A stretch of DNA of 64,000 nucleotides from the NCBI RefSeq assembly GCF_018977255.1, contig NW_024704743.1:20214001-20278000 (forward strand), given 5' to 3'. Under the pieces are notes generated by a model. It did not search any database, was not told the origin of the DNA, and was given only the letters and a program-made list of their open reading frames with translations. The first letter of the stretch is position 1. Every line of letters begins with the position of its first letter. Shown here piece after piece: positions 38,450 through 51,234 of this stretch. The position numbers and the translations under genes were made by a program. The stretch is from Callorhinchus milii. Lineage: Eukaryota.

Positions 38450-39040
38450 CCATTTCTGCAACATTGCCCACCTCCACCACTACCTCTCCCCTCAGGCCAC
38501 TGAGACCCATATCCATGTTTTTATCACGACCAGGCTTCATTACGCCAAGCTCTGCTCACTGGCCTTCCCACGTCTTCCCTCCACAAGCTGCAGATCATTC
38601 AGAACTCTGCAGCTTATACATTCCCTGCCCCCCCACTAGGCTCCGTGAGAAAGTCCGGCTCCATTGGCTCCCCATTCCCCCAGAAGATTGAATTCAAGAT
38701 TCTTGCCCTCACTTTTAAATCCCTCCACAATCTTGCCACACCCTCGCTGTGACCTAGAACCTTACCAACCCCCCCTACCCCTCCACCCAGCACGCACTGG
38801 TGTCCCCTGCCATGCTCACCCAACTATCGGAGGTTGGGCCTTCAGCCTTTCTGCCCCCACTCTCTGGACCTCCATCCCGGAGTTCCTTTGCCTCGCCCCC
38901 TACTCTCACCTCCAACATCCATCTCAAGACCTTTTAGGCCCGAATCTAACCTCCAGTTCGGGTGCAAAACCTTTGATTGTCCAGCATTTTGGAACAACCC
39001 ACTTATGTGAAATATCCTATATAAATGCAGTTTGTTTTCG
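38450..39040 (+). mobile_element. L2 LINE 3' fragment
   Basis: LQIIQNSAA and LHWLP-encoding sequence plus L2 tail. Confidence 0.8.
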
Positions 39041-40132
39041 GTGATGTTCCTTGAAACTTAACATATTAATTTCATCATTTTATTTGCAGTCTGTGCATGA
39101 GGTTACACCTAATCCATTACGATTTCTGGCACTTAAATGCATTAGAAGCTGAAACTTTCTCTTTCCTTATGTCTGTCACTGGCTTTTCTTGGTACAGTTA
39201 GTTCCTTGTTTAAAGTCAAAGTCAAAACAGTTGTATGGAAGCTTAATGATAACAATAATAATCCTTGTACAGGTATTTATACAGTGCCTTATCATGTCAA
39301 TGAATCATAATACAGGTACAATAAAGGCTGAGAGCAGCTCACATAACCACCCACCCAGTCAAGAGGAAGAGTAGAAGCAAAATGAATTAATGTGCAATGG
39401 CTAAATGCAAAACAGATCCCACAAAATTAATTCAATTGAGAGGGTACAGTATTATATTTTTTAAACAGCGAAAATTAAACAAAAAACCCATGTAATTTTC
39501 TGTGAAATTCTGTTAAAATAAATCATGGAATCAGATTTGTAAAAAAAGAAAAGTCTAGACTTTTAAAACTATAATAATTGCCACCAGGTGTTGCATCCAA
39601 CCCCCATTTTACTGATGTGAATATTTGTTTGGAGGATTTGTCTTTGGCTCAAAATCTTATGATTTATTGAAGCTCCAAAGCCTGAAATATCAACTCACAG
39701 AAAAATGTATTGAAATAGACAAAAATCACATTGCTTTCTTTGTGTTATTCTGAAGATATTAAAACTTTACATACAATGTATATTTATATTATATTCTAAA
39801 TCCAGTGCAGTTTGATCCCCAACAGATTGCAACTTTCTATTTAATAAGAAATTAACTTTATGAAGGTTTGACAAAAGACAATACATTTTCCATTTTTTCT
39901 TTAATAGGAAAATACCAGAGAACCTGTATTTCATATATACATTCTTCCAACATTAAAATTACCAGCACTGGTTTGATTTTATCACTAATTCAATTTTTAC
40001 TATATCCATATGGTAAAGGTTATTTCAAGACTTTTTTTAACCTTTCTCTTACCTGGTAGCATCTCAATGGTAACATAAGGAGTATACGCATAAAACATTT
40101 TAAGAATGAGAATGAACCAAAAACAGAATTTT

Positions 40133-40420
40133 AATAATAATAATCCTTTTATTTGATATAGCGCCTTATCAAGTCTTCGAGACGTCTCAAAGCGTTTCAC
40201 AGGATATACTGTGGAGTGATTGTGTGTTTTGTGGGTGAATCGCGACAGCCAATTGCGCAAAGCAGTGTTCCACAAACAGTCGTGGATCAAGTGATTCTTT
40301 TTTCATGGGAAGTATTATGACCCTCAGAAAGCAATCCGCCAATCGACTAACAAGCAAATTCCTACTTACTGCTCGGTGAACTGAGGCATGTGTGTGGAGT
40401 AAGGAAACTTGCCTAAGGTT
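40133..40420 (-). mobile_element. 5'-truncated SINE copy
   Basis: aataataataatcc...gatatagcgccttatc...cagccaattgcgc...ggagtaaggaaacttgcc. Confidence 0.85.
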
Positions 40421-41136
40421 TTTGCTATCAATTCAAAAGGAGCTCCAGCAGCTAGACATCAGCCCCATAATTGTTCCTGACCTTAATCTTAAAACTATTG
40501 TTAATGACTGAGCAACATTTGTTTCCAAATTAAGATTTAATTTTTGAATTTTCCAAAATTTTGCACCTAGCAATTTTTAACATAGTCTAACATAGTCTAA
40601 CATCTCAGATCAACGAGAAAATTCAGGCGCCAGATAAGGAGGGAAAACCTACAAAAGATGTCCTGTTCCAAGACATTTTGAATTCTAATCATATTGGGAC
40701 ATTGCTTTTCTTTTCCACACGGAATCAGAAAGTACCTTCAAGTGAAACTTTGTTGAAACCATTATGTCCAATTCATTTAGAATTCTTTTGTGTTTCTCTT
40801 CCATTCACTTTCAGATTTTGGTCACGCTCCAATATATGAACGTTAAAGGTGCTTTAACATTTAAAGAATGAAAAAGACTACCATATAGGAATGTTACATT
40901 ATTTGTGCTAAAACACAAGCCTCTCTGGAGTTTAATAGTTACATATATGTGTATACTCAAGCAGTCAAGCAGTTCTCTCGCATACACACCACACACGTGT
41001 GCAAAATGCTCTGCAAATTAAATTGGTTTGAGTATAAACTGCTAAGCGATAACCAAATGCTGCTCCATGTATACTGCAACAAATGGATTGTAGAAAGCGA
41101 ACCAAATATGATGCCCACAGATGTGTATAAAAAATG

Positions 41137-42370
41137 GCTGTCATCTCTCCTATCCTTAAAAAACCCTCCCTGGACCTATTCCTGCTCTCAAACTACCAAC
41201 CTTCCTTTCCTCTCCCAAGGTCCTGGAAAGAGTCGTTGCTTCGCTCCTTCCTCTCCTGTCACTCCCTTCACAAACCCCCTCCAATCAGGTTTCCGTGCTG
41301 CCCACAGCAGAGAAACCACCCTGGTCAAAGTGACTGACATTCTGTCCAACTGCGACAAGGGCTCCTCTGTCTCCTCATCCTCCTTGATCTCTCTGCTGCC
41401 TTCGACACCATTGACCACTCTATCCTCATCCACCGTCTCTCCTGTCACCTCAACCTTCACGGTTCTGTCCTTGACTGGTTCAGATTGCACTTCTCACACC
41501 GCCTCCATCTTCACAAATATTTTTTCCTCCAGCACCCGCGCCGTCTCGTGTAGTGTTCCTCAGGGCTCTGTCCTTGGTCCCCTCCTTTTCAACATCTGTG
41601 TGCTCCCTCTTGGGTGACATCATCTGCAGACATGGGTTTAACTTCCACATGTAGATATATATACATATATCTGCCTCCACCCTTGACTCCCGGACCACTG
41701 CTGTCCTGACAGAATGTCTGTCGGACATTAAGTCCTGGATGAACGCTAACTTTCTTCAGTTGAACGTCAACAAGACCGAGGCCCTCCGGATTGGCTCCTT
41801 TGAGCACCTCCATACCTCAGGCGCTGACAGCATCACTATCCAGGGATGCAGTCCACCTTGCTAAGCCAGTCCAAACCTTTGGCGTCTTGTTTGACCCTCA
41901 ACTATTCTTTCTACCCCACATCCATGCCATGACCCACTCTTACTTCCACCTCCAGAATGTCGCCCGGCTCCACCACTGTCTCACACCGCAGGCTGCAGAA
42001 ACTCTCATAAATTCCTTCATAACATTGAGGCTTGACTATGCAAACTCCTTGCTTCGGCCTCCCCAACTCCTCCATCCATAGGCTGGAGATCATCCAGAAA
42101 TCTTCTCCTGTACCAGGCTCCTTGACCCTATCACCTCCATCCTGGCCCAACTCCACTGGCTCCCAGAGGATACAGTTCAAGATCCTGGTCATCACGATCA
42201 AAGCCCTCCATGGCTTTGCTCCCCGCTACCTTTGCGATCTCCTAACCTAACCTCCTACCATCCTGCTCAATCCCTCCACTCAGTGGGCTCCAGCCTGCTT
42301 CACATCCCCCACCTCGTCCACCCCACCATTGGTGGGCAGGCCTTCAGCCACTCTGCTCCCACCCTCTGGC
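41137..42370 (+). mobile_element. Decayed L2 LINE ORF2 fragment (RT domain)
   Basis: PILKKPSLD, QSGFRAAHSRETTLVKV and VPQGSVLGPLLFNI motifs, with frameshifts. Confidence 0.9.
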
Positions 42371-44485
42371 AATAAGAATTTCAGCCTTCAGATAAGGATA
42401 TGATGACCTTTTGCCCTAACATTCACTGTCCATACTCACACTTTAATAATGGTTTGAAGTTGTGTACCTAGAACCAGAATAAGTCACCACTTTCAGAAGA
42501 AAAGGGAAAGACTTGGAAGAGCATTTTTTTTAAAAATAATAACATGCATATCACTATTTCACGATTTGCCCTGTGAATGCATCCAATAAACATAGCAATT
42601 ACACGATAATCCACCTTCAGCATATTTTATGGTCTTAGATTAAGGTACCAAATCTCAATACAATTGAGGCATCTGATTATATTGATGTGAAAACAGAAAC
42701 GAGATCCAAAAGAGCAAGGTTTTGCACCAGCGACATTTAATTAAGATTATTTACACTGGCACTGGAGGCTTGAATATTCTACCCCATTTGTTTTTAACCA
42801 GTACAATTCCATTGTGCATTGGGTTCAGCTACTGGAAAACCCCAACCCCTCGGAACAATCGACTACAATCTCAAGTATTTTGTGCAGGAGATGAAATGAT
42901 AAAGCCAAACATATGCGGACTTGATGGTAGCATTTGGAAAAAAGAATGTTATACAAAAGGAGCTTACTGGCTGAAAATACTTCTGTGGTATTCAGTCGTT
43001 ACAATTTGTTACACACTCACAAGCCATACTTGAAATTAGAATGCTTCATATTTCAAATGTAGATTTCATACAAATGTCACTAAAAGGCTTTTGTATGAAT
43101 CAAAATTCTGACACTCTTCACCAGGACCATGTGCGCATCAGCTTGATCTTCAGGTATCAAAGTCTTCAATCTTTCCAACAGCTTTTGAGGTATAACAAAA
43201 AGTGCCATTAATAGTTTCTCCACCAAGCTCTTCGAGTTTCTCTTAAGAAGGGGAGATAACTGAGGGCCAGTCACCCACAGAAGATATTTCTGCGCCAGCT
43301 GACAAAATGATCTCTGGATGGGAATTTCTTGTAACTGAACATTTCAACATACAGCTTGAATGTGGCAGGTAGAGGTACCAGGGCCCCATGATGAGTTCTT
43401 TCTCCAAGTTACACAGAAGTTAATAGTTTTAAAATTCTGTGGCTTTGCCTTTCTGTTCCTGCTTTGAACCACGACCAAAGGAGTTTAAACTTGTGTGCAT
43501 ATGTGATCCTGATTCGCGCTACCAAAACAGATAGATCACTTGTATGGGTATCACTACACTATCCACTGAGTCTCAGGCTCAATATGAAGGATGGGTTATC
43601 GAATCAGTTTGGGGGAACAAAGCTATATTGTACTCCCTCCCTATCAGCAAATGCTAACAGCCATGAACTCGTTACTGATGCAGATATTGCAGAAAATAAG
43701 AAATAAGGATCCCTATTGGCGTGTTCTTTGACAAGATCGCTTCAATTCTACAAACTGAGGATCTGTGAGTAGTTATTGATCTGATTTTCAGCGCCTTGGG
43801 ACGTCCTCCCAACGTGAAAGGCGCTATACAAATGTGATCTTGTTGCTGTTGAGTTTAGTGTTGAATGCTTTAAAGCATCAATTTGAGTTGTTTTCCCCAA
43901 ATGTTCATTGGGTAGATCCATCACATGGTTTATACTGAGCCAAACAAGGCAACCATCAGAACCAACTGTAAGGTCAGAAGGAAATTCAGCTGGAATTTTC
44001 ACTTTTGATTTTGAATAAGACTATTGCATAAATTATGTGCAAGTATATGCCAGGTGATGACAGCATTGGACTTGACTGAGATGTCACTTGTAGTGCTATA
44101 TTAACTGTCTAGGTTCACGGAAAAAAATGGGTACTTGGGCAATAGAACTGTATAGACCAGAGCTTGGAACAATGAAGCAGTGAAATTTTTGAAAAATATT
44201 ACTCTGATTACCTTAATTTGCTGATCTTGGAATTGCTATAAGACAATCTGTTCTGCACTAGGATGTATAGAAGAAATAATTAGTTGAATGCAGGAAATAA
44301 ATTGTATTGAGATTCTGCACAAAAAAACCACTGAATGCAAAAAATACAACGAATACATAAAGCTTGGTACAATGTGCAGAGAATGAGTTTCTTATATATT
44401 TAAATGTGCAATGCATTCAATAAACAAACAAGGTTCTTAAAAATTAATGCAGCCCCATTATCTTGTGGGGGATGGTGGCACATGT

Positions 44486-44491
44486 TTTATT
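44486..44491 (-). terminator. Candidate DNAJC1 polyadenylation signal (AATAAA on the minus strand)
   Basis: tttatt on the + strand, about 125 nt downstream of the DNAJC1 stop. Confidence 0.45.
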
Positions 44492-44613
44492 CACTAAGGC
44501 ACAAAAAAAGACGAGGTAAATTATAAGCAACTTGGCTCCACGTTTACACAATACACTGTCCATGGTGTATTACTGCTTCTGGAAGGAGGCCAGTGCTCAT
44601 AAGTTGTTTGCAG

Positions 44614-44682
44614 TCAGCTTTTGGCTTGTTTCCTCTTCATAACTAGTTCAGCCAATAGTTTGTATCTGGTCATGCACTCTTC
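44614..44682 (-). CDS. DNAJC1: DNAJC1 terminal coding exon
   Basis: Minus strand ctcctgcag|GAA GAG TGC...AAA AGC TGA = EECMTRYKLLAELVMKRKQAKS*. Confidence 0.95.
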   Translation of the reverse strand, partial: EECMTRYKLLAELVMKRKQAKS

Positions 44683-45829
44683 CTGCAGGAGAAAATAAAT
44701 GCAACCATAAGATTGACGGACTATTTCATAAGTAATGTATTTTTAATCTTTGTTGCAAGCATATTTTAAAGATAGCTCCAATGTTTTAATGAGAAGAAAG
44801 TGAAGGGTCAAGACTTCCAGTTCAGGATTATTCTAGTACTCAGAATAATAGTGAGCGCAAAGTAGGTCAAGAATCAATCATTAGATGAAGCAAAAGTCAG
44901 GCTTGAAAAAAAACTTCTGATTATAGCAGAAAGATAAGAGAAATGAGGCGCTTCACGTCTGCCTACGTGAAAAGGTTTTTGTATTATTGTTTAGTTAGTG
45001 TAATAAATTTTGATTTCAATATAGTGAGGATGAAGGAAAAGTACAAATACGTTTGCAAACACAAACCAGTTCTTCACAGACTCAGCTATGAATGTTCTTA
45101 ATAACTTGTATTGTCACAATGTTGACGTGGACAGCAATATTACAGTAGAATCATAAAATGCTGCAGCACAGAAACAGGCAATTCGGTCCATTGAACCTGG
45201 TGCATTTTGTTCCTCATTCACTGACCGGAGGCAGCAAAAAAAATCTTCTCTAAATGTACTCTACCATAAGTAACCCTTCATAATCTTAAAAACCTCTCAG
45301 GTTTCCCCTTCTGTGCTCTGTAACAAAAAAACTTCTCAAGTCTTTGTTCATAACTGAATACCTTCATCGTAGTGAATCTACACTACAAAAATTCCTTTGC
45401 TTACAGGTACTCAACACAGACCAGTCTCTTGACTGTTCTGCCAATTTAAATTACAACACCTGCACAATTTCAATACACATTATTTTACATTAATTACAGT
45501 GTTTGTTTAAAATAGCCTTGAATTCCTCTGACTTTTGAAACATTTTCTATAAATGAAGTCACATTATAACATTTATTGGAGAATGGATTTACTGTATTCA
45601 TAATTATTTAATCTTAGCCTTCCTAATATTTTGAATGTAGTTCATTCTCCAGCCAGGAATAGCCTTTCCCGTCATGCCATTCATGGTTGAATAACCTGCC
45701 AACATTCACATGTCACAAAATAGCCACCTGGGCAAAGAACCATTGAACCATTCCCACAGTGGAAAGAAAAAGAAGTTAAATACTTTAAGGAGAGGGCAGA
45801 AAATAGGCAAGAACAAAATGAGAAACTAC

Positions 45830-46326
45830 CTTTGTCTTTCCTGGTACACATTTTGCTATTTTGTCCCAGCGTTCAGCAGTTCCCTTTGGATGTTGTTGTA
45901 AGGCTAGCTCGAGCAGTTTTTGTTGATTCTGGTTCCAGACCTCAGTCGTTTCCTCTGAAGACCGAAGTTTCCCTTTCCTTTTCTTCTCCTCATCACTATC
46001 ATCATCATTATCTAGTTCTGTATTATCAAAGTCCCTCTGACGTCTTCCTCGTTGCTTTTGTTCAGGTTCTGGGATCAAGAAAGCTGTCTCTGCTGGTTTT
46101 GCTATTTTCCGTTTTCGAGGTCGGGTTTCCCCTGACAGTGTCCCGGTGTAGTTATCTTGGCTATTACTATTTTCAAATTCATCCTCATAGTCTTCTTCAA
46201 TCTCTTTCTCCTCTTTCTCTTCTTCCTCTTCTCTTTTGCTGATAATGTCATCAGGGGGAGCGATTCCATGTTTCTCATATTTTACAGTCTGAGAAGCAGT
46301 TTTGAGTTCATATAGTTTTACTGTTC
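45830..46326 (-). CDS. DNAJC1: DNAJC1 exon: acidic/basic linker plus SANT/Myb repeat 2
   Basis: Minus strand aattag|GA ACA GTA...ACA AAG|gtagt; 497 nt, phase 1 to 0; ...PPDDIISKREEEEEKEEKE...RGRRQRDFD...WNQNQQKLLELALQQHPKGTAERWDKIAKCVPGKTK. Confidence 0.95.
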
Positions 46327-46544
46327 CTAATTTAAAAAAACATATTTGGGGTTTAGTAACACATGCATTTCATAACCCTCAAAGTTTTACCTCATGTTTA
46401 TTATATAACAATAATCCTTGCGGTTGATATAGCGCCTTATCACATCTTCGCGACGTCTCAAAGCGCTTCACAGAATATACTATGAGGTGACTGTATAGCT
46501 TGTGGGCGAAATGTGGTAGGCACTTGTGCACAGCAGTTTCCATA

Positions 46545-46935
46545 GCTGAGTAAGAAGGTTGTGGGCTCAAGCCCCACATCGGGACTTGGAATCACATAGT
46601 CTAAGCTCCAAAGCTGTGGAGGGTTGGGGGGAATCTGTTTCATTGTCAGAGGTACCGTCTTTTGGATGAGACGTGAATCTCAGGTCCCATCTACCTGTTC
46701 AGGTGGACGTTAAAGATACTGTGTCGATATTCGAAAAGAGAAGAGTTTCGCCCAGGGTCCTGGCCAACAATCCCCCTCAAATCATATTAGTCACTCACTC
46801 CATGGCTGTTTGGGAGATACTGCTGTGTGCAAAATTGGCTGCAGCATTTGCTCACACTCAATCCGCTTTAAGGTGTATCCTGTGAAGCACTTTGAGAAAT
46901 CTCGACGTCGTGATAAGGCATTACACCAAATGCAT
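46545..46935 (+). mobile_element. Older Deu-domain SINE family with a longer head; related copies near 4790-5010, 7140-7400, 12380-12725, 30060-30475(-) and 57410-57960(-)
   Basis: ctgagtaagaaggttgtgggctcaagcccc head; gtcttttggatgagacg...ctgttcaggtggacgttaaagat Deu core; L2-like tail. Confidence 0.7.
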
Positions 46936-47394
46936 ACTTTTCATTTAGTTGGCAGACATTTCACTGTCATGTTTAGAAACCAAACCCAACAACTGGCCTC
47001 ATTGGTTTAATCGAATGCTTAAGATATAGTAACAAAAATGGTAACTGAGCATCATTACAAGTATGGAACATTTTGGTATGTTTAATGGTATTAGTCCAGT
47101 TACAACAATTAGAGCTTTAAACTTGAAGGTTGAGAACTAGTCTACTAAAGCAAAACACTATGGCTGCCTCAGGTACCAATCAGGGAATTTAATAATTAAG
47201 AGACAAGAAGTTTATGAGTAATGGCGAGTGCTAAAGAAGATGGCTTCAGTCTTATCAACATTGGGCTATGCAAAGTTTTAGCTCTTCTAGTTCCTGACGC
47301 TGCTCAATGCAGACAGACTGAACAACACTCGTGGGTTCACATTTCTTGCGGAACAAATATATTTAATCTCAGCAATACTATGAAATACACATAC

Positions 47395-47443
47395 CTGGAG
47401 TACTTAAAACAGAATCCTTTACTTGTTTAGCTTTAGTTGTCAC
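47395..47443 (-). CDS. DNAJC1: DNAJC1 49-nt coding exon (end of SANT1)
   Basis: Minus strand atatag|GTG ACA ACT AAA GCT...ACT CCA G|gtatgt; VTTKAKQVKDSVLSTP(G); phase 0 to 1 bridges the flanking exons. Confidence 0.92.
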
Positions 47444-47514
47444 CTATATTAAAGCAAAACAAAATGTACAGTTATGCAGTTTTTAAACATTTAATTGAAA
47501 TCCATCACAACAAA

Positions 47515-47830
47515 GTTACATTTATATAGTGCCTTTCATGTTGGTAGGACATCCCAAGGCGCTGGATAGTTCAGGGTTTGCACCTGAGCTGGGGGTTGGA
47601 ATCAAGAGGGGTAGAGGGTAGGGCTATGATGGAGGGTAGCCAAAAGCACGATCAAAGAGAAAAGTCTTGAGACGGGCCTTGAAGGAAGCAAGGGAGGGAC
47701 TGAGGCGGATGGAGTCCCAGAGAGTGGGGCAGAAAAACTGAAGGCCCGACTGAAATTGGTGGGGCGGATAGGGCAGGGGACATGAAGCAGACCAGTGCAC
47801 AGTGAGCAGACAGGTTGGTATGGTGTTAAT
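47515..47830 (-). mobile_element. L2 3' end, adjacent to a CR1 ORF2 remnant at about 47860-48020 (+)
   Basis: caacaaagttacatttatatagtgcctttcatg is the reverse complement of the L2 tail. Confidence 0.75.
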
Positions 47831-48037
47831 AGGAAAGCTATTGCATAGAATAAATCTTCATGCATAACTGTGTTACACCTAGGTTTTATAAATAAGGGCA
47901 TAGAATGTAAAATCAAAGAGGTAACGCTAAACGTATACAAGTCAATAGTTAGACTGCATTTGTGTGCAGTTTTGGTTGTGCCTCTTTAGGAAGGACATCA
48001 AGGCAATTGACTAGAGGGCATCAATTTATGATGACCA

Positions 48038-48407
48038 TAATAATATTGCATTTGATATAGTGCCTTATCACATCTAGATGTCTCAAAGTGCTTCACAGAA
48101 TATACTGTAAAGTGAATTGACTGTATATTTTGTGAGCGAAACGCGACAGACAATTGCGTACAGCAGTGTCCCACAAAGATTGAGTGACTAAATTATTATT
48201 TTTTGAAAAAAAATTCTTGAAGGGATTATTATCCCTGGTAAAGCTATCCGCCATTCGACCAACAACCAAGTTCCTACTTAGTGCTAAGTAAACAGAGGCG
48301 TGTGGAGTAAGGAAACTTGCCTAAGGTTTTGCCCTGCCCGGGAATCGAACCCGGATCCTCTTGTTTTTGAGGCGAGCGCTCTAACCACTAAGCAACAGGA
48401 CTCCACA
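48038..48407 (-). mobile_element. Full-length SINE, same family
   Basis: Reverse complement has head tgtggagtcctgttgcttagtggttagagcgctcgcc...gggttcgattcccggg, Deu body and (ATT)n tail. Confidence 0.88.
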
Positions 48408-49487
48408 GATAAGATAATTCAGCACAAACCTTCTAAATATTTTCAGCTATTCAACGGATAAACTTTCTTAGCTATTGGGGGAAGGTGCCTAAGTCCACTA
48501 AGACACGGAACACCAACAGGAAAAAGTCAAACCACAGATCCAGCTGCTCAACTGAAGTTTTCTGCTTTCAAGAGATAAAACAAAGAATCAGCTAATTGGG
48601 GCTTGGGTAAAGTGTTTGTGAGCAAATGATTTGAGTATGATGCAAGGATTATTTCTCATATGCGGTCCCAACACAACTGGGGTAGAGCAAAGAATATAAT
48701 TGACATAACTCAAATTTCTGCTGGTCTGTGACAAATTTTAAGGGACTGTGAGGCCTCACCTCACCAAAAATAACCGAGCTTTAACATTCTTATAGCTACA
48801 TTGCCTTCAAGCAAATCAGTTTATTACATCAAGCACATATATAAACTTAATTCTTCAACACATCACACACCACTGAAAGCTATTGTGAGAGCAATTCACA
48901 GAGTGGGGTCCATTGAACTCTTCAACTGTTAAAAAACAGAAACTGCCAACAGATGGGTCAACCATACTAGGTGAAACTATGCTAAAGTTAGCCAACTGAC
49001 GGGCATGAGCAGAACAGTGGGGTAAAAGAATAGAGAAATATTGAGGTGCTGGGTAACTAAGGGATTTATAGGAAAGAGTGAGCACACTGAAACTGATCCA
49101 TTGGGAGACCAGAAGCCAGGGGAAGCTTACTGAAGATTGACTAATGGGCATGCAGAGTTTGGTGAAGTTGAGGTTGTACAGGATTTTGTATCAGCTGGTG
49201 CTTATGGGTGGAGGAACTAGGGAGGTCAGTGAGGAACGCATTTCAGAAGTTGAGTCAGGAGGTAACAAAGGTGTAAATGGGTATTGGTGGTATTTGATGT
49301 AAGGTTGTTTCAAAGAGCTTCACAGGATATGCTGTAAAGTATAGCAAATGTGCCTTTTTTTTAGGCAAATGCAGCAGCCAATTTGTTCACAGCAGTGTCA
49401 CACAAACAGCCATGAATGAAGTGAATGACCAACTTTATTTGGTCGATTGTTCAGGACCCCGGAGAAATTACCTTCTCTCTGCAAATA

Positions 49488-49878
49488 GAGTCCTGTAGCT
49501 TAGTGGTTAGAGCACATGCCTGCGTCAGCAGAACAGTGATGCAGATCACAGAGCTATTGAGACGCTGGGTAATTAAGGGTTCGATTACCAGGCAAAGCAA
49601 AAGGTTGGGCAAGTTTCCTTGCTCCACACGTCTCTGTTTACCTAGCAGTAAGTAGGAACCTGATGGTTAGTAGATTAGCGGATTGCTTTTCCAGGGGTAA
49701 TAATAACATTTTTTTAAAAATAATAATTTGTCCCACAAACGACTGTTGTGCACAATTGGCTGCCGCGTTTCACCAACAAAATATACAGTCAACTCAAAGT
49801 ATATTCTGCAAACCACTTTGAGATGTCTCAAAGACGTGATAAGGTACGATATTAAATGCAAGGATTGTTATTATTATT
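49488..49878 (+). mobile_element. Full-length SINE with an enlarged tRNA-like arm, nested in an older minus-strand Deu-SINE (about 49290-50100)
   Basis: A box gtagcttagtggttagagc, 63-nt spacer, B box gggttcgattacc, Deu body and tail; the host SINE resumes at agtgacatgaggtccttaac. Confidence 0.82.
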
Positions 49879-51234
49879 AATTAGTGACATGAGGTCCTTA
49901 ACAACCACCTGAATAGGAAGACTGGTTCTCGGCTTAACAACCTACATTTTAAATGTTGTTAACGTTTCATCCAAAGGACATAACCTTTAACAATGCAGCA
50001 CACCCCCAGCTATATTTTGGACTGTCAATCTAAATTATATGAGTTGGAAGTCCCAACTTGGGGCTTGGACACACAACCTTCTGACTAAAAGGAAAGAGTG
50101 CTGGCAAGAGTTTGTAATATGATCAATACAAGGATTCCAAGAACATTATAACCTTGTTAGTCTGCCTCGTAGAGAATTATTGATTGAAGGTGTAGATATT
50201 AACCAGGTAATTCCACTAATTGGTTTTATAAAAGTAGCTAAATTCAAATTTATCCCGTAAAACAGCTTTGGATCGATCAATTAACATTGATTTCCTTTAA
50301 CTTTTAACGTTTGTGCTCTACAAATTATATCCGAAACGTGTAAGGAATAAGTAATTTTGTTCTAGAATTTTAGTGGTTTCATTTACATGCAAATTATTAA
50401 ATAGAAACCCAACTTCACATTCCTAAATTTCCATTTTTATTAAAGCTATACATTCAACATTTATTCATTGCATCTAGGATACTCCTCCTTCAACATTTTA
50501 TAGTGTCTGATTATCAGAAAACAAGTCCTCAAACTTAGTTTATAAATTAAATCATAATGTACACTATTGTACCCCTTCCTTCAGAATTTATTTTGGCATT
50601 TAAAACGGGAATCTACAGCTTGATTTGGCTACTTTGTAACAAAACACAAGATTATATTGAAATGATAAAGGCATCATTGAGCCCTATCAAGCGTCTTCCC
50701 GACGTGAAAGGCGCTATACAAATGTAATCTTGTTGTTGGTGTTGCTCCTTTCACAGAACATTTAAAATGAAGGGTACATTTCAGCAGTTACCCATTCCTT
50801 TTAATCTCCTGAGGAAAATACTTCTGATAATCAGAGATTATCAAAACTCCACCATTTATCCACCTAAGTAACGTTCTGTAAAGCCTTTCTTAATTAAAGC
50901 TTCATTTTTTTTAAACTCCATGAACAATAGGTTTGCTTTTTGGAGAATGAACATATTTTGAAAGAATTACTATCCCTAGAATATCAAGGGGTTTGGTATG
51001 TTGTAAGTTGTCCCTTGTTGGTCCTTCCATCGTGCTGAAGGCAGATCTCTGTCAAATAGCTGAGAGGAAGCTCTATAGAGTCAAAGTTTGTCAAAGCACA
51101 TTCATTTATTCAGGGATTGGTCCCTACTTTGCTGTGCTGCTGAAGTTCAACACTTCCAACTTGTGAACCACTGCTCAATAGGTAGGGGTACATGTCCAGG
51201 CTGTGAACTGGGCCAGGCTGGTCAGCAGTACACT

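Noticed and set aside
45832..46242. 136-aa plus-strand ORF
   Set aside because: Antisense shadow of the purine-rich DNAJC1 exon
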